This document shows positions 26,769 through 36,471 of a stretch of 64,000 bases of DNA, piece after piece; the stretch's first letter is position 1, and every line of letters begins with the position of its first letter. The translations under genes and the position numbers were made by a program. The stretch lies in assembly GCA_965215505.1 (NCBI GenBank), contig OZ244065.1, positions 2,496,001 through 2,560,000 on the forward strand, written 5' to 3'. The notes beneath the pieces are model-generated. The model was not told where the DNA came from and did no database searches. It worked only from the letters and a program-made list of their open reading frames with translations. The DNA comes from Capsulimonadaceae bacterium (GTDB lineage: Bacteria > Armatimonadota > Armatimonadia > Armatimonadales > Capsulimonadaceae).

Positions 26769-29700
26769 CTAGGAGCCGGGATGGGGGACGACTATGGAGA
26801 CGGCGGAGTAGGCGTAGATCCAGTAACCGGAGCCGGGCTGGAGGGAGCCGTTCGTCTGGAGGACGACGTAGGCACCGCCGCCGCCGTTGGCAGACGGGCT
26901 GAAGCTGTAGAGGATCGAGCTGAGGAACAGGGGCGTCCCGGCGGCGCCCGAAACGGCGGAGGCGAAGGGGAGCGCGATGCCGCCCGAAGAGACAGTCAGG
27001 GAGCGGAGGCTGACCGGGACGAGGAACGGGTCGCCGATCATGTTCCAGCCGGGCAGGAGCGGGATGGTGAAGTCCGCCGTCGGGTCGGCGGGGGTGCCGA
27101 CGCGGGTGAGGGTGACGGCGGCGGGCAGGTGGACAAAGTAGCCCCGGCCCAGGCGGAGGGCGTCGGCGGGGGCGGTGGGCGTGATGGCGTACTGGCTGAC
27201 CGTGCCGTCCCAGGTGGCGAGGCGGACGTTGGTGTAGCCGAAGAGGGTGTCCAGCGACTGCCCGGAGTAGTCGTAGGGGACCGAGATCATGTTCAGCCCG
27301 GCGGGGAAGGAGGTGCCGACGGCGTTCGTGACGGTCAGGGTGGCCGTCCGCGTCTGGCCGCCGACGACGGCGGCGATGGTGGCCGTGCCTGCCGTGGGCG
27401 TCCCGATGGGGAAGGAGGCCGTCGTCGTACCGGGCGCGACGGTGGCGGTAGCCGGGAGCGTCTCGGCGGCCCCGAGCTGGGAGAGGGTGACGACCAGGCC
27501 GCCGGGCGGCGCGGGAGCGTTGACGGTGACGGTCCCGACGGTCGCCACGCCGGCGATGACGGCGGACGGGTTGATGGTCAGGTTGGTCGCCTGGATCGGC
27601 TGGATGGTGAGGTTCGTGGTCTTGCTGATGCCGTCCAGGGTGGCGGTGAGCGCGTCCACGACCGGGGCGGCGACGACGACCGTGGTAACCGGGAAGGTGG
27701 CCGTGGTCGCGCCGAGCGGGACGGTCGCGGTGGCCGGGACGGTCCCGGCCGCAGCCCCGCTGGCGAGGCTGACGGCCAGCCCGGCGGCGACGGCGGCGGG
27801 CGAGTCGAGCGTCACCGTGCCGACGGCGGGTGCGCCGCCGGTGAGGCTGGCGGGCGCGACGGAGACGCCGGTGATGCGGGCGGAGCGGACCTCAAGCCGC
27901 GCCTGCTGGCTGACTCCGCCGAGGGTGGCGGTGATGGTCGCGATCAGAGTCTTGGGCACGGGCTTGGTGGTGACGGAGAAGGTCGCCGTGGTCCCGCCCG
28001 AGGGGATCGTCACGCTGGCGGGGACGACGGCGGCCGGGTTGTCGCTGCTGATGGTCACGACCGCGCCCGCGGCGGGGGCGGCGAAGGTCAGGGTCAAGGT
28101 GCCCGTGGAGGTCTGGCCGCCGGGCAGGGAAGACGGGGCGAGGACGAGCCGTTCCAGGGTCGGGGCGAGTACGGTCAGCGGGGCGGTCACGCTGACGCCG
28201 CCCGCCGAGGCCGTGAGCGTGGCGATGACCTGCTGGGTGACCGGGCTGGTCGTGACGGTGAAGGTCGCCGAGGTCGAGTTGGCCGGGATGGTGACGCTTG
28301 CAGGGACCTGGGCGGCGGCGTTGCTGCTGCTCAGGGCGACGGCCAGGCCGCCCGCCGGGGCGGGGCCGGCCAGTGTCACGGTGGCCGTGGAGGACGCGCC
28401 GCCGTCAACGCTGTCGGGAGACAGGGTCAGGGTCGTGGGCACGATGGCGACCGGGGCCGCATCCACTTCCAGCGGGGCGCCCAGGCTGCTGCCCTGGTAG
28501 GCGGCCGTGATGGTGACCGTGGTGGTCGTCGTGACGGCGGTGTCGATGGTGAAGGTGGCGGTGGTCTGGCCGGCGGCGACTGTGACACTGGCTGGGACGG
28601 GCGCGACCGTGGCGTCGGTCGTGGTCAGGGTGACGACCGCGCCGCCTGCGGGCGCGGGGTTGGCGAGGGTGACAGTGCCCGTGGCTTGCAGGCCGCCGAC
28701 GACCATGCCCGGCGTCTGCGCCACCGTGGCGACCAGCGTCAGGCTGGCGATGGCGGTGCCGGTGGTGTTGGGCGCGGGCGCGAACAGCGGGAGCAGGCCC
28801 GCGCCGTTATAGGACCCCCACCCCGTCGCGACATCGTAGCCGGTCAGGGCGTGGTAGAAAAGGTTGGTGCTGTTGTCGTTGACGTCGTGGAAGCCCGTAC
28901 TGTAGTTCGTGCCCTTCCCGATCTTATAGATCAGGGGGTTGGCGAAGCCGAGGAGCGGCTCGCCGTATTTCACGCGCTGCTGGTTGGCGAGGGCGGCGAA
29001 GGCCGCCCAGAGCGGGGCGGCGGCGCTGGTGCCGCCGACGCCGCCCCACTGCCCGCCCACATAGATGGCATAGCCGGTGTTCGGGTCGGCGTCCAGGGAG
29101 ACATCGGGGACGTTACGCATCACGGTGGACGCGGGAGGCTGGCCCACCCCGCGCTGATAATCCGGCAGGGTCCAGACCTTGCTGATGCCGCCACCGCCGC
29201 CGGAGCCGAAGCTGCTGCGCGAGTCGGGCGTGGGGTCGCCCCAGGTAGATTCCGAGGCATACGGCCCGCCGGCGCGGGTCACGGACAGCGTGGTGCCGCC
29301 GACGGCGGTGGCGAGGGGCTGGGAGGCCGGGTCGCTGACGCTGAGGGTCGCGCCGTCCGTGTACGCGCCGCTGTCCCCGGAGGCGATGAAGACGCTCTGG
29401 CCCTGCATCGCCATCTGCATGAGGGAGGCATTCTCGGCGTTGAGGCTCGGCATGTCCGTCTGATCTTCCCCAAGACCCCAGGAGATGCTGACCTCTTTGG
29501 CGCGGTTGTCGTCGGCGATCTTCTGAAGCACGTCCAGGCCGCCCTGGTTGCTCAGGGGAGCCTCATAGACGATGATCTTGCTGGCACCGGGTGCCACGGC
29601 GTTCATCATCTGGATGTCCAGCACCACTTCGACGGAATTCGGCCCGGCGACGCCGCTGTATCCATCCACGAGGACATTCTCCAGCGTGACGGGGTTCAGG

Positions 29701-30578
29701 CCGTAAGTGCTGTCGTAGAAGGAGATGTCGCTGGCCTGGTAGCCGTCCAGCTCATACAGGCCCATGGTCTGGCCCGCGCCGGTGAGGGGCGTCCGGTCCA
29801 GGTTGTAAGCGGCCTTGATGTCGTGGGGCGTGAGTTCGCCGGTATTCGGGTCCGTGCCGATACCCAGGGGCGCATCGGAGCCGCCGAGGGCGGGGAAGAG
29901 GGAGAAAGGCTTGAAGGCAGGCTCAAAGGCGGGCCTGAGCGTGCCGCCCGGCGCGGAACCCGGACGGCGAAGGAAAGGGTGCGGGACGGCGGCGTCGCTG
30001 AGGCCGATGACGCCCGCCAGACGTCCCACGAGGGAGACGGGGATGGCAGGGCCGGCGTCCGGCGCATGGAAGACGCGCCCGTCGGCGGCCTGGTAGCGGA
30101 CCATGTGAAGGGCGAACGCCGACTCGACGGCGGCGGTCGGCCCGGAAACCGAGAGCAGCAGGCGGCTCGGCGTCGTGTGGGTGACGGTCAAGCCGTGTGC
30201 GCGGGCGAAGGCGGCGACGGCGTCATAGGACTCCTGCGTCGGGCCGTAGCGGCGCGCGAACTCGTCGGTCGTGATATACTTCTGGTAGAGCGGGTCGGCG
30301 GAGTCATACAGCCGCCCCACGAATTCCTGCGCCCCGGCGGGGTCGCGCATCGGCAGGGACAGGGAGAGCGTCATGGTCTGGCCGCTCGGGGCGCGGCCCA
30401 AGGCCCGCGCGCGCGCCACAGCGGCGGCGGGGACGTGGCCGGGCAGTCGCACCGTAGCGGGGGCGGGGGCGGCCTGTGCCGCCGTCCGTCCGCCGAGAAG
30501 GGCGAGGCTGAACGTGAGGGCGAGCAGGGCGAGTAGCAGGCACCGGCCCCGGTGCATCGGCGGGAATGAGAGTTTCAC
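26769..30578 (-). CDS. Secreted S53 (sedolisin/kumamolisin) peptidase with prodomain, Ig-like repeats and a conserved C-terminal domain
   Basis: Signal peptide; pro-kumamolisin-like region; EVVLD, SGDSG, GGTSAAAP and GYDVATGWGS motifs; about five ~95-aa beta-rich repeats. Confidence 0.92.
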   Translation of the reverse strand: MKLSFPPMHRGRCLLLALLALTFSLALLGGRTAAQAAPAPATVRLPGHVPAAAVARARALGRAPSGQTMTLSLSLPMRDPAGAQEFVGRLYDSADPLYQKYITTDEFARRYGPTQESYDAVAAFARAHGLTVTHTTPSRLLLSVSGPTAAVESAFALHMVRYQAADGRVFHAPDAGPAIPVSLVGRLAGVIGLSDAAVPHPFLRRPGSAPGGTLRPAFEPAFKPFSLFPALGGSDAPLGIGTDPNTGELTPHDIKAAYNLDRTPLTGAGQTMGLYELDGYQASDISFYDSTYGLNPVTLENVLVDGYSGVAGPNSVEVVLDIQMMNAVAPGASKIIVYEAPLSNQGGLDVLQKIADDNRAKEVSISWGLGEDQTDMPSLNAENASLMQMAMQGQSVFIASGDSGAYTDGATLSVSDPASQPLATAVGGTTLSVTRAGGPYASESTWGDPTPDSRSSFGSGGGGGISKVWTLPDYQRGVGQPPASTVMRNVPDVSLDADPNTGYAIYVGGQWGGVGGTSAAAPLWAAFAALANQQRVKYGEPLLGFANPLIYKIGKGTNYSTGFHDVNDNSTNLFYHALTGYDVATGWGSYNGAGLLPLFAPAPNTTGTAIASLTLVATVAQTPGMVVGGLQATGTVTLANPAPAGGAVVTLTTTDATVAPVPASVTVAAGQTTATFTIDTAVTTTTTVTITAAYQGSSLGAPLEVDAAPVAIVPTTLTLSPDSVDGGASSTATVTLAGPAPAGGLAVALSSSNAAAQVPASVTIPANSTSATFTVTTSPVTQQVIATLTASAGGVSVTAPLTVLAPTLERLVLAPSSLPGGQTSTGTLTLTFAAPAAGAVVTISSDNPAAVVPASVTIPSGGTTATFSVTTKPVPKTLIATITATLGGVSQQARLEVRSARITGVSVAPASLTGGAPAVGTVTLDSPAAVAAGLAVSLASGAAAGTVPATATVPLGATTATFPVTTVVVAAPVVDALTATLDGISKTTNLTIQPIQATNLTINPSAVIAGVATVGTVTVNAPAPPGGLVVTLSQLGAAETLPATATVAPGTTTASFPIGTPTAGTATIAAVVGGQTRTATLTVTNAVGTSFPAGLNMISVPYDYSGQSLDTLFGYTNVRLATWDGTVSQYAITPTAPADALRLGRGYFVHLPAAVTLTRVGTPADPTADFTIPLLPGWNMIGDPFLVPVSLRSLTVSSGGIALPFASAVSGAAGTPLFLSSILYSFSPSANGGGGAYVVLQTNGSLQPGSGYWIYAYSAVSIVVPHPGS

Positions 30579-30698
30579 AGAATAGGAGTCCTTTGGCGCT
30601 TGGATTGACGGCGTTAGGTTGTCCTATACGGTATCACACCTGAGCGGTTTTGTCAAGAAGGGCGGCGGTAATTCTATGAAAACAGCCCGCGAACACGG

Positions 30699-31451
30699 TC
30701 AGGGGGCGGTACGCACGTCGCGCAGATATTTCACATGGCCGTCGAAGAAGACCCGGTTCCGACCGCCGAAGTGGACGCCGCGCCCTTTGAACCCGGCGGG
30801 GGCGGGCGACGTGGAGGGGAAGTAGGGGTCCACGGCAAGCTCCAGGTCGGCCTCGCTGCCCGGTACGGGCGGGACGATGGTCGAGTCGTGGACGACGGGG
30901 GAGTTCCAGTCGTCGATGTCGCTGATGCACTGCTGCGGCAGCTTGCCCCAACACTCGGAGGGCTTGGAGAAGTCGGGGCGGTCGAAGCGCCACATCCAGT
31001 ACCGCGTCGTCAGGCCGCCCGGCGTCGTCTCGGCGACCCGGTTGTAGCCCGCCGGGTCGGCCTGGTCGAGGGCGGACCCCTTGACGCTGGGGCAGGACCA
31101 CACGCCGTCGCCTTTAAGGAAGGGGTTCAGGACGGTCGCCGCCCAGCCCGCACGCGGGTCGGAGCCGGGAAACGACCCGGCCCCCCAGAGGGGGCTGCCG
31201 CCGGGCATGTTTTTCAGGTCGCGCCGGTCCGGAAGGCGCTCGTCGCTGTCCTGCTCGTACTGGACCATCGCCAGGCCGATCTGCCGTAGATTGGACTCGC
31301 AGGCCGCCCGGCGGGCGTTCTCGCGGACGCGCTGGAAGACAGGGAAGAGGATGGCGGCGAGGACCGCGATGATGGCGATGACGACGAGCAGCTCGATTAA
31401 AGTAAATCCGGGCGTGAAGCCTCGACGGTTAATGGCAGGGCGGTAGAGCAT
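30699..31451 (-). CDS. Prepilin-type N-terminal methylation / DUF1559 protein
   Basis: [54 protein letters not shown] (H-X9-DG). Confidence 0.92.
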   Translation of the reverse strand: MLYRPAINRRGFTPGFTLIELLVVIAIIAVLAAILFPVFQRVRENARRAACESNLRQIGLAMVQYEQDSDERLPDRRDLKNMPGGSPLWGAGSFPGSDPRAGWAATVLNPFLKGDGVWSCPSVKGSALDQADPAGYNRVAETTPGGLTTRYWMWRFDRPDFSKPSECWGKLPQQCISDIDDWNSPVVHDSTIVPPVPGSEADLELAVDPYFPSTSPAPAGFKGRGVHFGGRNRVFFDGHVKYLRDVRTAP

Positions 31452-31495
31452 GACAGGGTTTGAACGCGGGCGGGAGTAGGAGGGGTTCCCGACCC

Positions 31496-32458
31496 TCACG
31501 CCGTCGCCCCGCCGCACGAGGAACCCGCCCCCGCCGTACAGCCGAAGCAGTGCGGGCCGACGGCGATCTCGCGGCTCTGCAAGGCAAGACCGTCGAAGTC
31601 ACGGATGTGGCGGGGCTGGCCGGTGACTAGGGGCAGGTCGAGCATCTGGTTGAAGTCGCAGTCGTACAGCAGGCCGTCCCAGCCGACGCTGACGAGGCTG
31701 CGGCACATGACGCCGGATGCGGCGGCGGGGTTGAAAGCCTGGACCAGCTTCTCCATGTACCGCTCGTGGTTGCCCGACCGCTCCAGGAAGTGCAGGAACC
31801 GGGAGATGGGCATGTTGGTGATGGTGTAGAGGTGCGTGAAGGCGATGCCATAGCGCCGGCCCAGCTCGCGCTTATACTCGGCCTCGATCTCCCCCTGGGC
31901 GGGCGGCAGGAAAGCGCCCGTGGGGTTGTAGACGAGGTTAAGGGGGGGACCACTGTCACGGGCATAGCCCAATGAGTTCAAGAGGCGCAGGCCCTCGACG
32001 CTGAGGTCGAACACGCCCAGGCCCCGCTGGGCGTCGGTGCGCTGGGCGAGGTAGTAGGGCAACGAGGCGACCACCTCCACGTCGTGGCCGCGCAGGAACC
32101 GGGCGGTGTCCTCCTGCCCCGGCTCGAACAGGACGGTCAGGTTGCACCGGTCAATGACGTGCCTTCCTAATGCTCTGGCCTCGGCCACCAAGTACCGGAA
32201 ACTCGGGTTGAGTTCCGGGGCACCGCCCGTAATGTCCAGCGTCCTGATGTCCGGGTTGCGGCGCAGGGCGTCAAGGACCTGAGCGGCCGTCTCGGCCGTC
32301 ATGCTCTCGGTGCGGTTCGGCCCCGCCTCGACGTGGCAGTGCTTGCAGGCCTGGTTGCACCGCTTGCCGACGTTGACTTGCAGCGTCTCGATATTCGTGG
32401 CGGCCAATGGCCACAGGCCCGCGCCGGTGAGTTTGTCTTGAAAGGTGATGCCGGTCAT
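31496..32458 (-). CDS. arsS: Radical SAM protein, ArsS/DUF3641 family
   Basis: [50 protein letters not shown]. Confidence 0.88.
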   Translation of the reverse strand: MTGITFQDKLTGAGLWPLAATNIETLQVNVGKRCNQACKHCHVEAGPNRTESMTAETAAQVLDALRRNPDIRTLDITGGAPELNPSFRYLVAEARALGRHVIDRCNLTVLFEPGQEDTARFLRGHDVEVVASLPYYLAQRTDAQRGLGVFDLSVEGLRLLNSLGYARDSGPPLNLVYNPTGAFLPPAQGEIEAEYKRELGRRYGIAFTHLYTITNMPISRFLHFLERSGNHERYMEKLVQAFNPAAASGVMCRSLVSVGWDGLLYDCDFNQMLDLPLVTGQPRHIRDFDGLALQSREIAVGPHCFGCTAGAGSSCGGATA

Positions 32459-32533
32459 GCCTCCTTTAACGGAACAAGGCGGCGGATTGTTCCGCCGCGA
32501 ACCCTTTTCGGCACACCCCGCGTTACAAACGAT

Positions 32534-33169
32534 ATGAGAAGACGTGCATTCACGCTCACCGAACTCCTAACCGTCGTCGGCATCCTCGCCCTCCTCGCCG
32601 CCCTTCTGCTGCCGGTCCTCGGCACGGTGCGCGAGAACGGGCGGCGCACGGCCTGCCAGAGCAACCTGCGCCAGATCGGGCTGGCGATGCAGCAGTACCT
32701 CCAGGACAACGACCACCGATATTTGCCCGCAAACATTGGGTTCCCGCACCCGCACCCGCTCCTGGCTTATGTCGGCGACAGCGCCGTGTTCCTCTGCCCG
32801 ACCGTCAGCGAGGCGCAGCAGGAGCGGTTAGGGCAGGAAGGCGGAGTCTCACTGGACTACCAGTACGACGAGTTCCGCCTCCTCACCCGCTCCGCGCCCT
32901 ATGACCCCTGGTACGCGATCTCCGATTCGGCGGTCGCCCATCCGGCGGCCTTGTGGCTCTACAAGGACAGCACGCAGACGCTGACCCTCTGGCGCAAACT
33001 GCTCGCACCCTGCGGGCACCCAGTCATTGGCAGCACCCTACACTCGGGCGGCGGCAACTATCTGTTCGCGGACGGCCATGTGCGCTGGCTGACGCCGGAA
33101 GGCTTCGCCACTGTTGCCTGCATCAACGGACCGCTCCCGCCCCCATTCACCGATAACAATGGCGAGTAG
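32534..33169 (+). CDS. Prepilin-type N-terminal methylation / DUF1559 protein
   Basis: MRRRAFTLTELLTVVGIL...CQSNLRQIG; HSGGGNYLFADGHVRW. Confidence 0.9.
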   Translation: MRRRAFTLTELLTVVGILALLAALLLPVLGTVRENGRRTACQSNLRQIGLAMQQYLQDNDHRYLPANIGFPHPHPLLAYVGDSAVFLCPTVSEAQQERLGQEGGVSLDYQYDEFRLLTRSAPYDPWYAISDSAVAHPAALWLYKDSTQTLTLWRKLLAPCGHPVIGSTLHSGGGNYLFADGHVRWLTPEGFATVACINGPLPPPFTDNNGE

Positions 33170-33276
33170 GTGAATGACACAGCAAAGGGGCAGGCGGCTG
33201 ATGCCGCCCGCCCCTCTGGGCCGCTCCGTGTATGAAGGATGATTGGAGCGGCACGGCCTCGTCTCAGACGCCCGAA

Positions 33277-33861
33277 CTAGCCGGGCAACAAGACGGTGTC
33301 CACGACATGGATGACGCCGTTGGACTGCATGACGTTGGGGATGGTCACATGGGACACGTCGCCCTTGGCGTCCTTGATGTTGAGGCCGCTGCCCGCCTTC
33401 ATGAAAGTGAGCGTGCCGCCCTCAACAGTCTTCAGGGTGGCCTTGCCGTGGCCCTTCTTCACCAGGCCGAGCAGGTCGGCGGCCGTGTAGCGGCCCGCGA
33501 CGACGTGGTAGGTGAGGACTTTGGCGAGCGTCGCCTTGTTCTCCGGCTTCAGCAGCGTCGGCACCGTGCCCGCGGGCAGTTTGGTGAACGCCTCATTGGT
33601 TGGGGCGAATACGGTGAACGGCCCCGCGCCTTCCAGGGTGTCCACCAGGCCCGCCGCCTTCACTGCGGCCACCAGCGTCGTGTGGTCCTTGGAGTTGACG
33701 GCGTTCTGGATGATGTTCTTCGTGGGGTACATCGCCGCACCGCCCACCATCTTCGTGCCGCCCATCTTCATCCCGCTCATCTGGGCCGTCGCCGGCATGG
33801 AGAGCGCGCCCAGGCTGACCAAAAGGGCTGCGCCCAGGCCGAGCGTCGTTCTGGTGTTCAT
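33277..33861 (-). CDS. Fasciclin (FAS1) domain protein
   Basis: Signal peptide; [30 protein letters not shown]. Confidence 0.95.
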   Translation of the reverse strand: MNTRTTLGLGAALLVSLGALSMPATAQMSGMKMGGTKMVGGAAMYPTKNIIQNAVNSKDHTTLVAAVKAAGLVDTLEGAGPFTVFAPTNEAFTKLPAGTVPTLLKPENKATLAKVLTYHVVAGRYTAADLLGLVKKGHGKATLKTVEGGTLTFMKAGSGLNIKDAKGDVSHVTIPNVMQSNGVIHVVDTVLLPG

Positions 33862-34130
33862 TCTGTTCTTCTCTTTTCTAGATCGTTCGGAAACCGCCGC
33901 GCAGTGAGGATTCTCAAAGGCCGCAGGCTACTGTTATGTTATACACCAGACCGGGGGCAGGATAACGGGGTGGATTAACTGGGGGTTACAGCAACAATTA
34001 ACAGAAGATTACAAGAACGGCGGCGGAAGATGCACAGCAAGGGAGTATATCGTTAGACAAGTGGGTATCAGTAGCATGGGAACGCTTTTTCACGTCCCAT
34101 CGTCGTCTTTTTAGAAAAGAGAACACCTCG

Positions 34131-34646
34131 ATGCTACACCCCACCCGCAAGGCGGCCCTCCCCGTCGCTGCCCTGCTGGCCGCCTCCGCGCTGACTTTCG
34201 CGGCACCCGCCCCGGTACGCGCGGCGGACATCGTTCAGACGGCCACGAAGGCCGGACAGTTCAAGACCCTGGTCGCCGCCCTGAAGGCCGCCGGCCTGGT
34301 CGCGACCCTGAAGGGGGCTGGCCCGTTCACGGTCTTCGCCCCCACCGATGCCGCCTTCGCCAAGCTGCCCCCCGGCACCGTGGCGACCCTGCTGAAGCCG
34401 GCGAACAAGAAGACGCTGATCAAAATCCTCACCTACCACGTCATCGCCGGGGCGGCCGTGAGTGCCAAGCAGGCGATGGCGATGACGGATCCGACCTCCC
34501 CGCCCACCGTGGAAGGCGCGACCTTGCAGATCAAGACGGTCAACGGCAAGGTCATGGTCAACAACGCCACCGTCGTCAAGGCGGACGTCAAGGCCAGCAA
34601 CGGCGTCATCCACGTCATCAACACGGTCCTGATGCCGCCGAAGTAG
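34131..34646 (+). CDS. Fasciclin (FAS1) domain protein
   Basis: Signal peptide; [30 protein letters not shown]. Confidence 0.95.
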   Translation: MLHPTRKAALPVAALLAASALTFAAPAPVRAADIVQTATKAGQFKTLVAALKAAGLVATLKGAGPFTVFAPTDAAFAKLPPGTVATLLKPANKKTLIKILTYHVIAGAAVSAKQAMAMTDPTSPPTVEGATLQIKTVNGKVMVNNATVVKADVKASNGVIHVINTVLMPPK

Positions 34647-34675
34647 CACGGTCCCCGCGCATCCTAAGCGCCGGA

Positions 34676-34769
34676 CGGAAGAGCCGCCGGGGTCGTGTGA
34701 CCCCGGCGGCTCTTCCGCGTTGGCAGAGGCAGGCAAACAAAAAAGCCACCCGCGAGGGGTGGCTTTTTG
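34676..34769. terminator. Two hairpins between the convergent fasciclin and tRNA-Arg genes
   Basis: cggaagagccgccggggtc/gaccccggcggctcttccg, and aaaaagccaccc/gggtggcttttt (bidirectional). Confidence 0.8.
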
Positions 34770-34782
34770 CTTCTCTGGACAG

Positions 34783-34855
34783 TGCGCCCGGCGGGGCTCG
34801 AACCTGCGGCCTCTTAGTCCGCAACCAAGTGCTCTATCCACTGAGCTACGAGCGC
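34783..34855 (-). tRNA. tRNA-Arg(GCG)
   Basis: GCGCTCG/CGGGCGC acceptor stem; GCTC-AGTGGATA-GAGC; CTTGG-TTGCGGA-CTAAG; GGTTCGAGCC; one A-C mismatch in the T stem. Confidence 0.92.
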
Positions 34856-34859
34856 GTAC

Positions 34860-35273
34860 TTACCAGAAGTGGTCTTCAGCCATCAAACAGCCTTTGGTCT
34901 GGCTGTTTTTGGTTGGCTGATAGCGTATCGTAATTGCCGTCTTACGATGAAAGTGTTCTGACTCAAGCCAAACGATCTTGTCTATCTTCGGCAGGTAGAC
35001 CAGGAGGACGTCCACTTCCTGGGCCGTATAGAACTGGCTGCCGGCTTTGTTGCCGCGTGTGATCTTTCTCAGATTGAGGAAGACGACGCCTGATGCCTGA
35101 GAGCATTTGGCATCCGCGTACTTCACCTGCGCCCGGACAAGGCGCTCGCCGCAGTCCACAACAAGGTCGTAGCGGCAGTTTGCCATCGTCGGCTCGCTGA
35201 GGCTGATGTTCCGCTCCAGCGCAAGTTGCTTTACTTTGAGCATGGCGTATTCGCCCTTGCCGTTCGTGTCCAT
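34860..35273 (-). CDS. PD-(D/E)XK endonuclease, group I intron-associated type (I-Ssp6803I-like), free-standing
   Basis: RYDLVVD...RAQVKYA; Y...EVDVLLVY; lower GC; stop is 4 nt before the tRNA. Confidence 0.82.
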   Translation of the reverse strand: MDTNGKGEYAMLKVKQLALERNISLSEPTMANCRYDLVVDCGERLVRAQVKYADAKCSQASGVVFLNLRKITRGNKAGSQFYTAQEVDVLLVYLPKIDKIVWLESEHFHRKTAITIRYQPTKNSQTKGCLMAEDHFW

Positions 35274-35317
35274 CCTTAGAACCTCCCAGCCTTATGACTT
35301 CCGAGGCGACGAGGAAC

Positions 35318-35346
35318 ATTATACCGAACCAAACGGGTCCTGTCAA
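35318..35346 (-). promoter_or_regulatory. Consensus sigma70 promoter driving endonuclease plus tRNA-Arg
   Basis: Minus strand TTGACA-17bp-TATAAT. Confidence 0.8.
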
Positions 35347-35399
35347 GTGGCGGGGCGCGAAAATAATCGCGGAGAGGCATCGAATCGGAAGTGAACCCG

Positions 35400-35463
35400 T
35401 TGACATCAACTGCGTCCAATGCCATAATAGGGTTAGCAAGTCTCCGACTAGATTGGTCGGAGA
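35400..35463 (+). promoter_or_regulatory. Promoter of the iron-uptake operon with a leader inverted repeat
   Basis: TTGACA-17-CATAAT, then TCTCCGAC-tagattg-GTCGGAGA. Confidence 0.6.
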
Positions 35464-35490
35464 TAGGCACAGTTAGAGAAGGTCGCTCCA

Positions 35491-36471
35491 ATGGCAGTCA
35501 GCATACAGCACAACAGCGTACAGACACGGTTCCGATACGCCCGGCCGGTCCTCATCGGCCTGGCCGCCCTGCTGGTCGTCGGGGTCCTGGCCTGGCAGGC
35601 GTTCACGGCGGGCATGACGCCCGATCCAACGGTCAAGGGCCTGAGTCCTGCCGCCATGATCGTCAGTACCGGCATCCTGGTCTTCCGGGAGGGGCTGGAG
35701 GCGATCCTCGTCCTGGCCGCAGTGACGGCGGGCATGGCACGGGGCGCACAGAGCGCCGCACTGCGAGCCGTCCCGGTGGGCGGGACGGCGGCGTTCCTCG
35801 CGACGGTCGCCACCTGGTTTGCGGTCGTGGCGGTCATCGCCCATGTCAACGCGCCGGAGTACGCCGTGCAGGCGGCGACCGGGCTGTTGGCGATCGCGGT
35901 GCTGCTGGTCGTTATGAACTGGTTCTTCCACAAGTTCTACTGGACCGGATGGATCGCTAATCACAGCAACCGGCGCAAGCAGATCATGGACTCGGCGGCC
36001 TCGGGCACGGCGGGGACATTTTGGGGTCTGGCCCTGTTGGGCTTCACGGCGATCTATCGGGAGGGATTCGAGGTCGTCCTGTTCCTGCAAGACCTGCGGC
36101 TTCGGGCCGGGAACGTCATTGTCGCCGAGGGCATGGCGGTCGGGCTTGTGCTGACCTTGATAGTCGCCGTGCTGACCTTCATCGCCCATAAGAAGCTGCC
36201 GTACAAGAAGATGCTCGTCGTGACGGGCGTCCTGCTGGGTATCGTCCTGCTCATCATGGTCGGGGAGAGCGTCCAGGAGATGCAGCAGGCCGGGTGGATC
36301 GCGACCACGGGCATCGGTTTCACGCTGCCGGGCTGGCTAGGGCTGTGGTTTTCGGTCTTCCCGAATGTGCAGAGTCTGGCGGCGCAGGCCCTGGCGGCGG
36401 CCATCGTGGTCGGCTCCTATCTCTCCGTGCCGTATGTCCGCGCCCGTGGCCGAAGCATGGCAGCGGCGTGA
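35491..36471 (+). CDS. FTR1/EfeU family iron permease
   Basis: Two RExxE motifs (FREGLE, YREGFE); about 8 TM segments. Confidence 0.9.
   Translation: MAVSIQHNSVQTRFRYARPVLIGLAALLVVGVLAWQAFTAGMTPDPTVKGLSPAAMIVSTGILVFREGLEAILVLAAVTAGMARGAQSAALRAVPVGGTAAFLATVATWFAVVAVIAHVNAPEYAVQAATGLLAIAVLLVVMNWFFHKFYWTGWIANHSNRRKQIMDSAASGTAGTFWGLALLGFTAIYREGFEVVLFLQDLRLRAGNVIVAEGMAVGLVLTLIVAVLTFIAHKKLPYKKMLVVTGVLLGIVLLIMVGESVQEMQQAGWIATTGIGFTLPGWLGLWFSVFPNVQSLAAQALAAAIVVGSYLSVPYVRARGRSMAAA

Noticed and set aside
26751-30536. 1261-aa plus-strand ORF, and similar long ORFs opposite or overlapping ppdK, melA, feoB, the TPR gene and the giant genes
   Set aside because: Shadow frames of high-GC genes; Gly/Arg-rich with no motifs, while the overlapping frame has clear family signatures.
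31496-31530. Selenocysteine at the ArsS C-terminus
   Set aside because: The GSSCGG motif uses a Cys codon, with no in-frame TGA.
34783-35273. Group I intron in tRNA-Arg
   Set aside because: The tRNA cloverleaf is continuous and the endonuclease lies wholly outside it; no second exon was seen.
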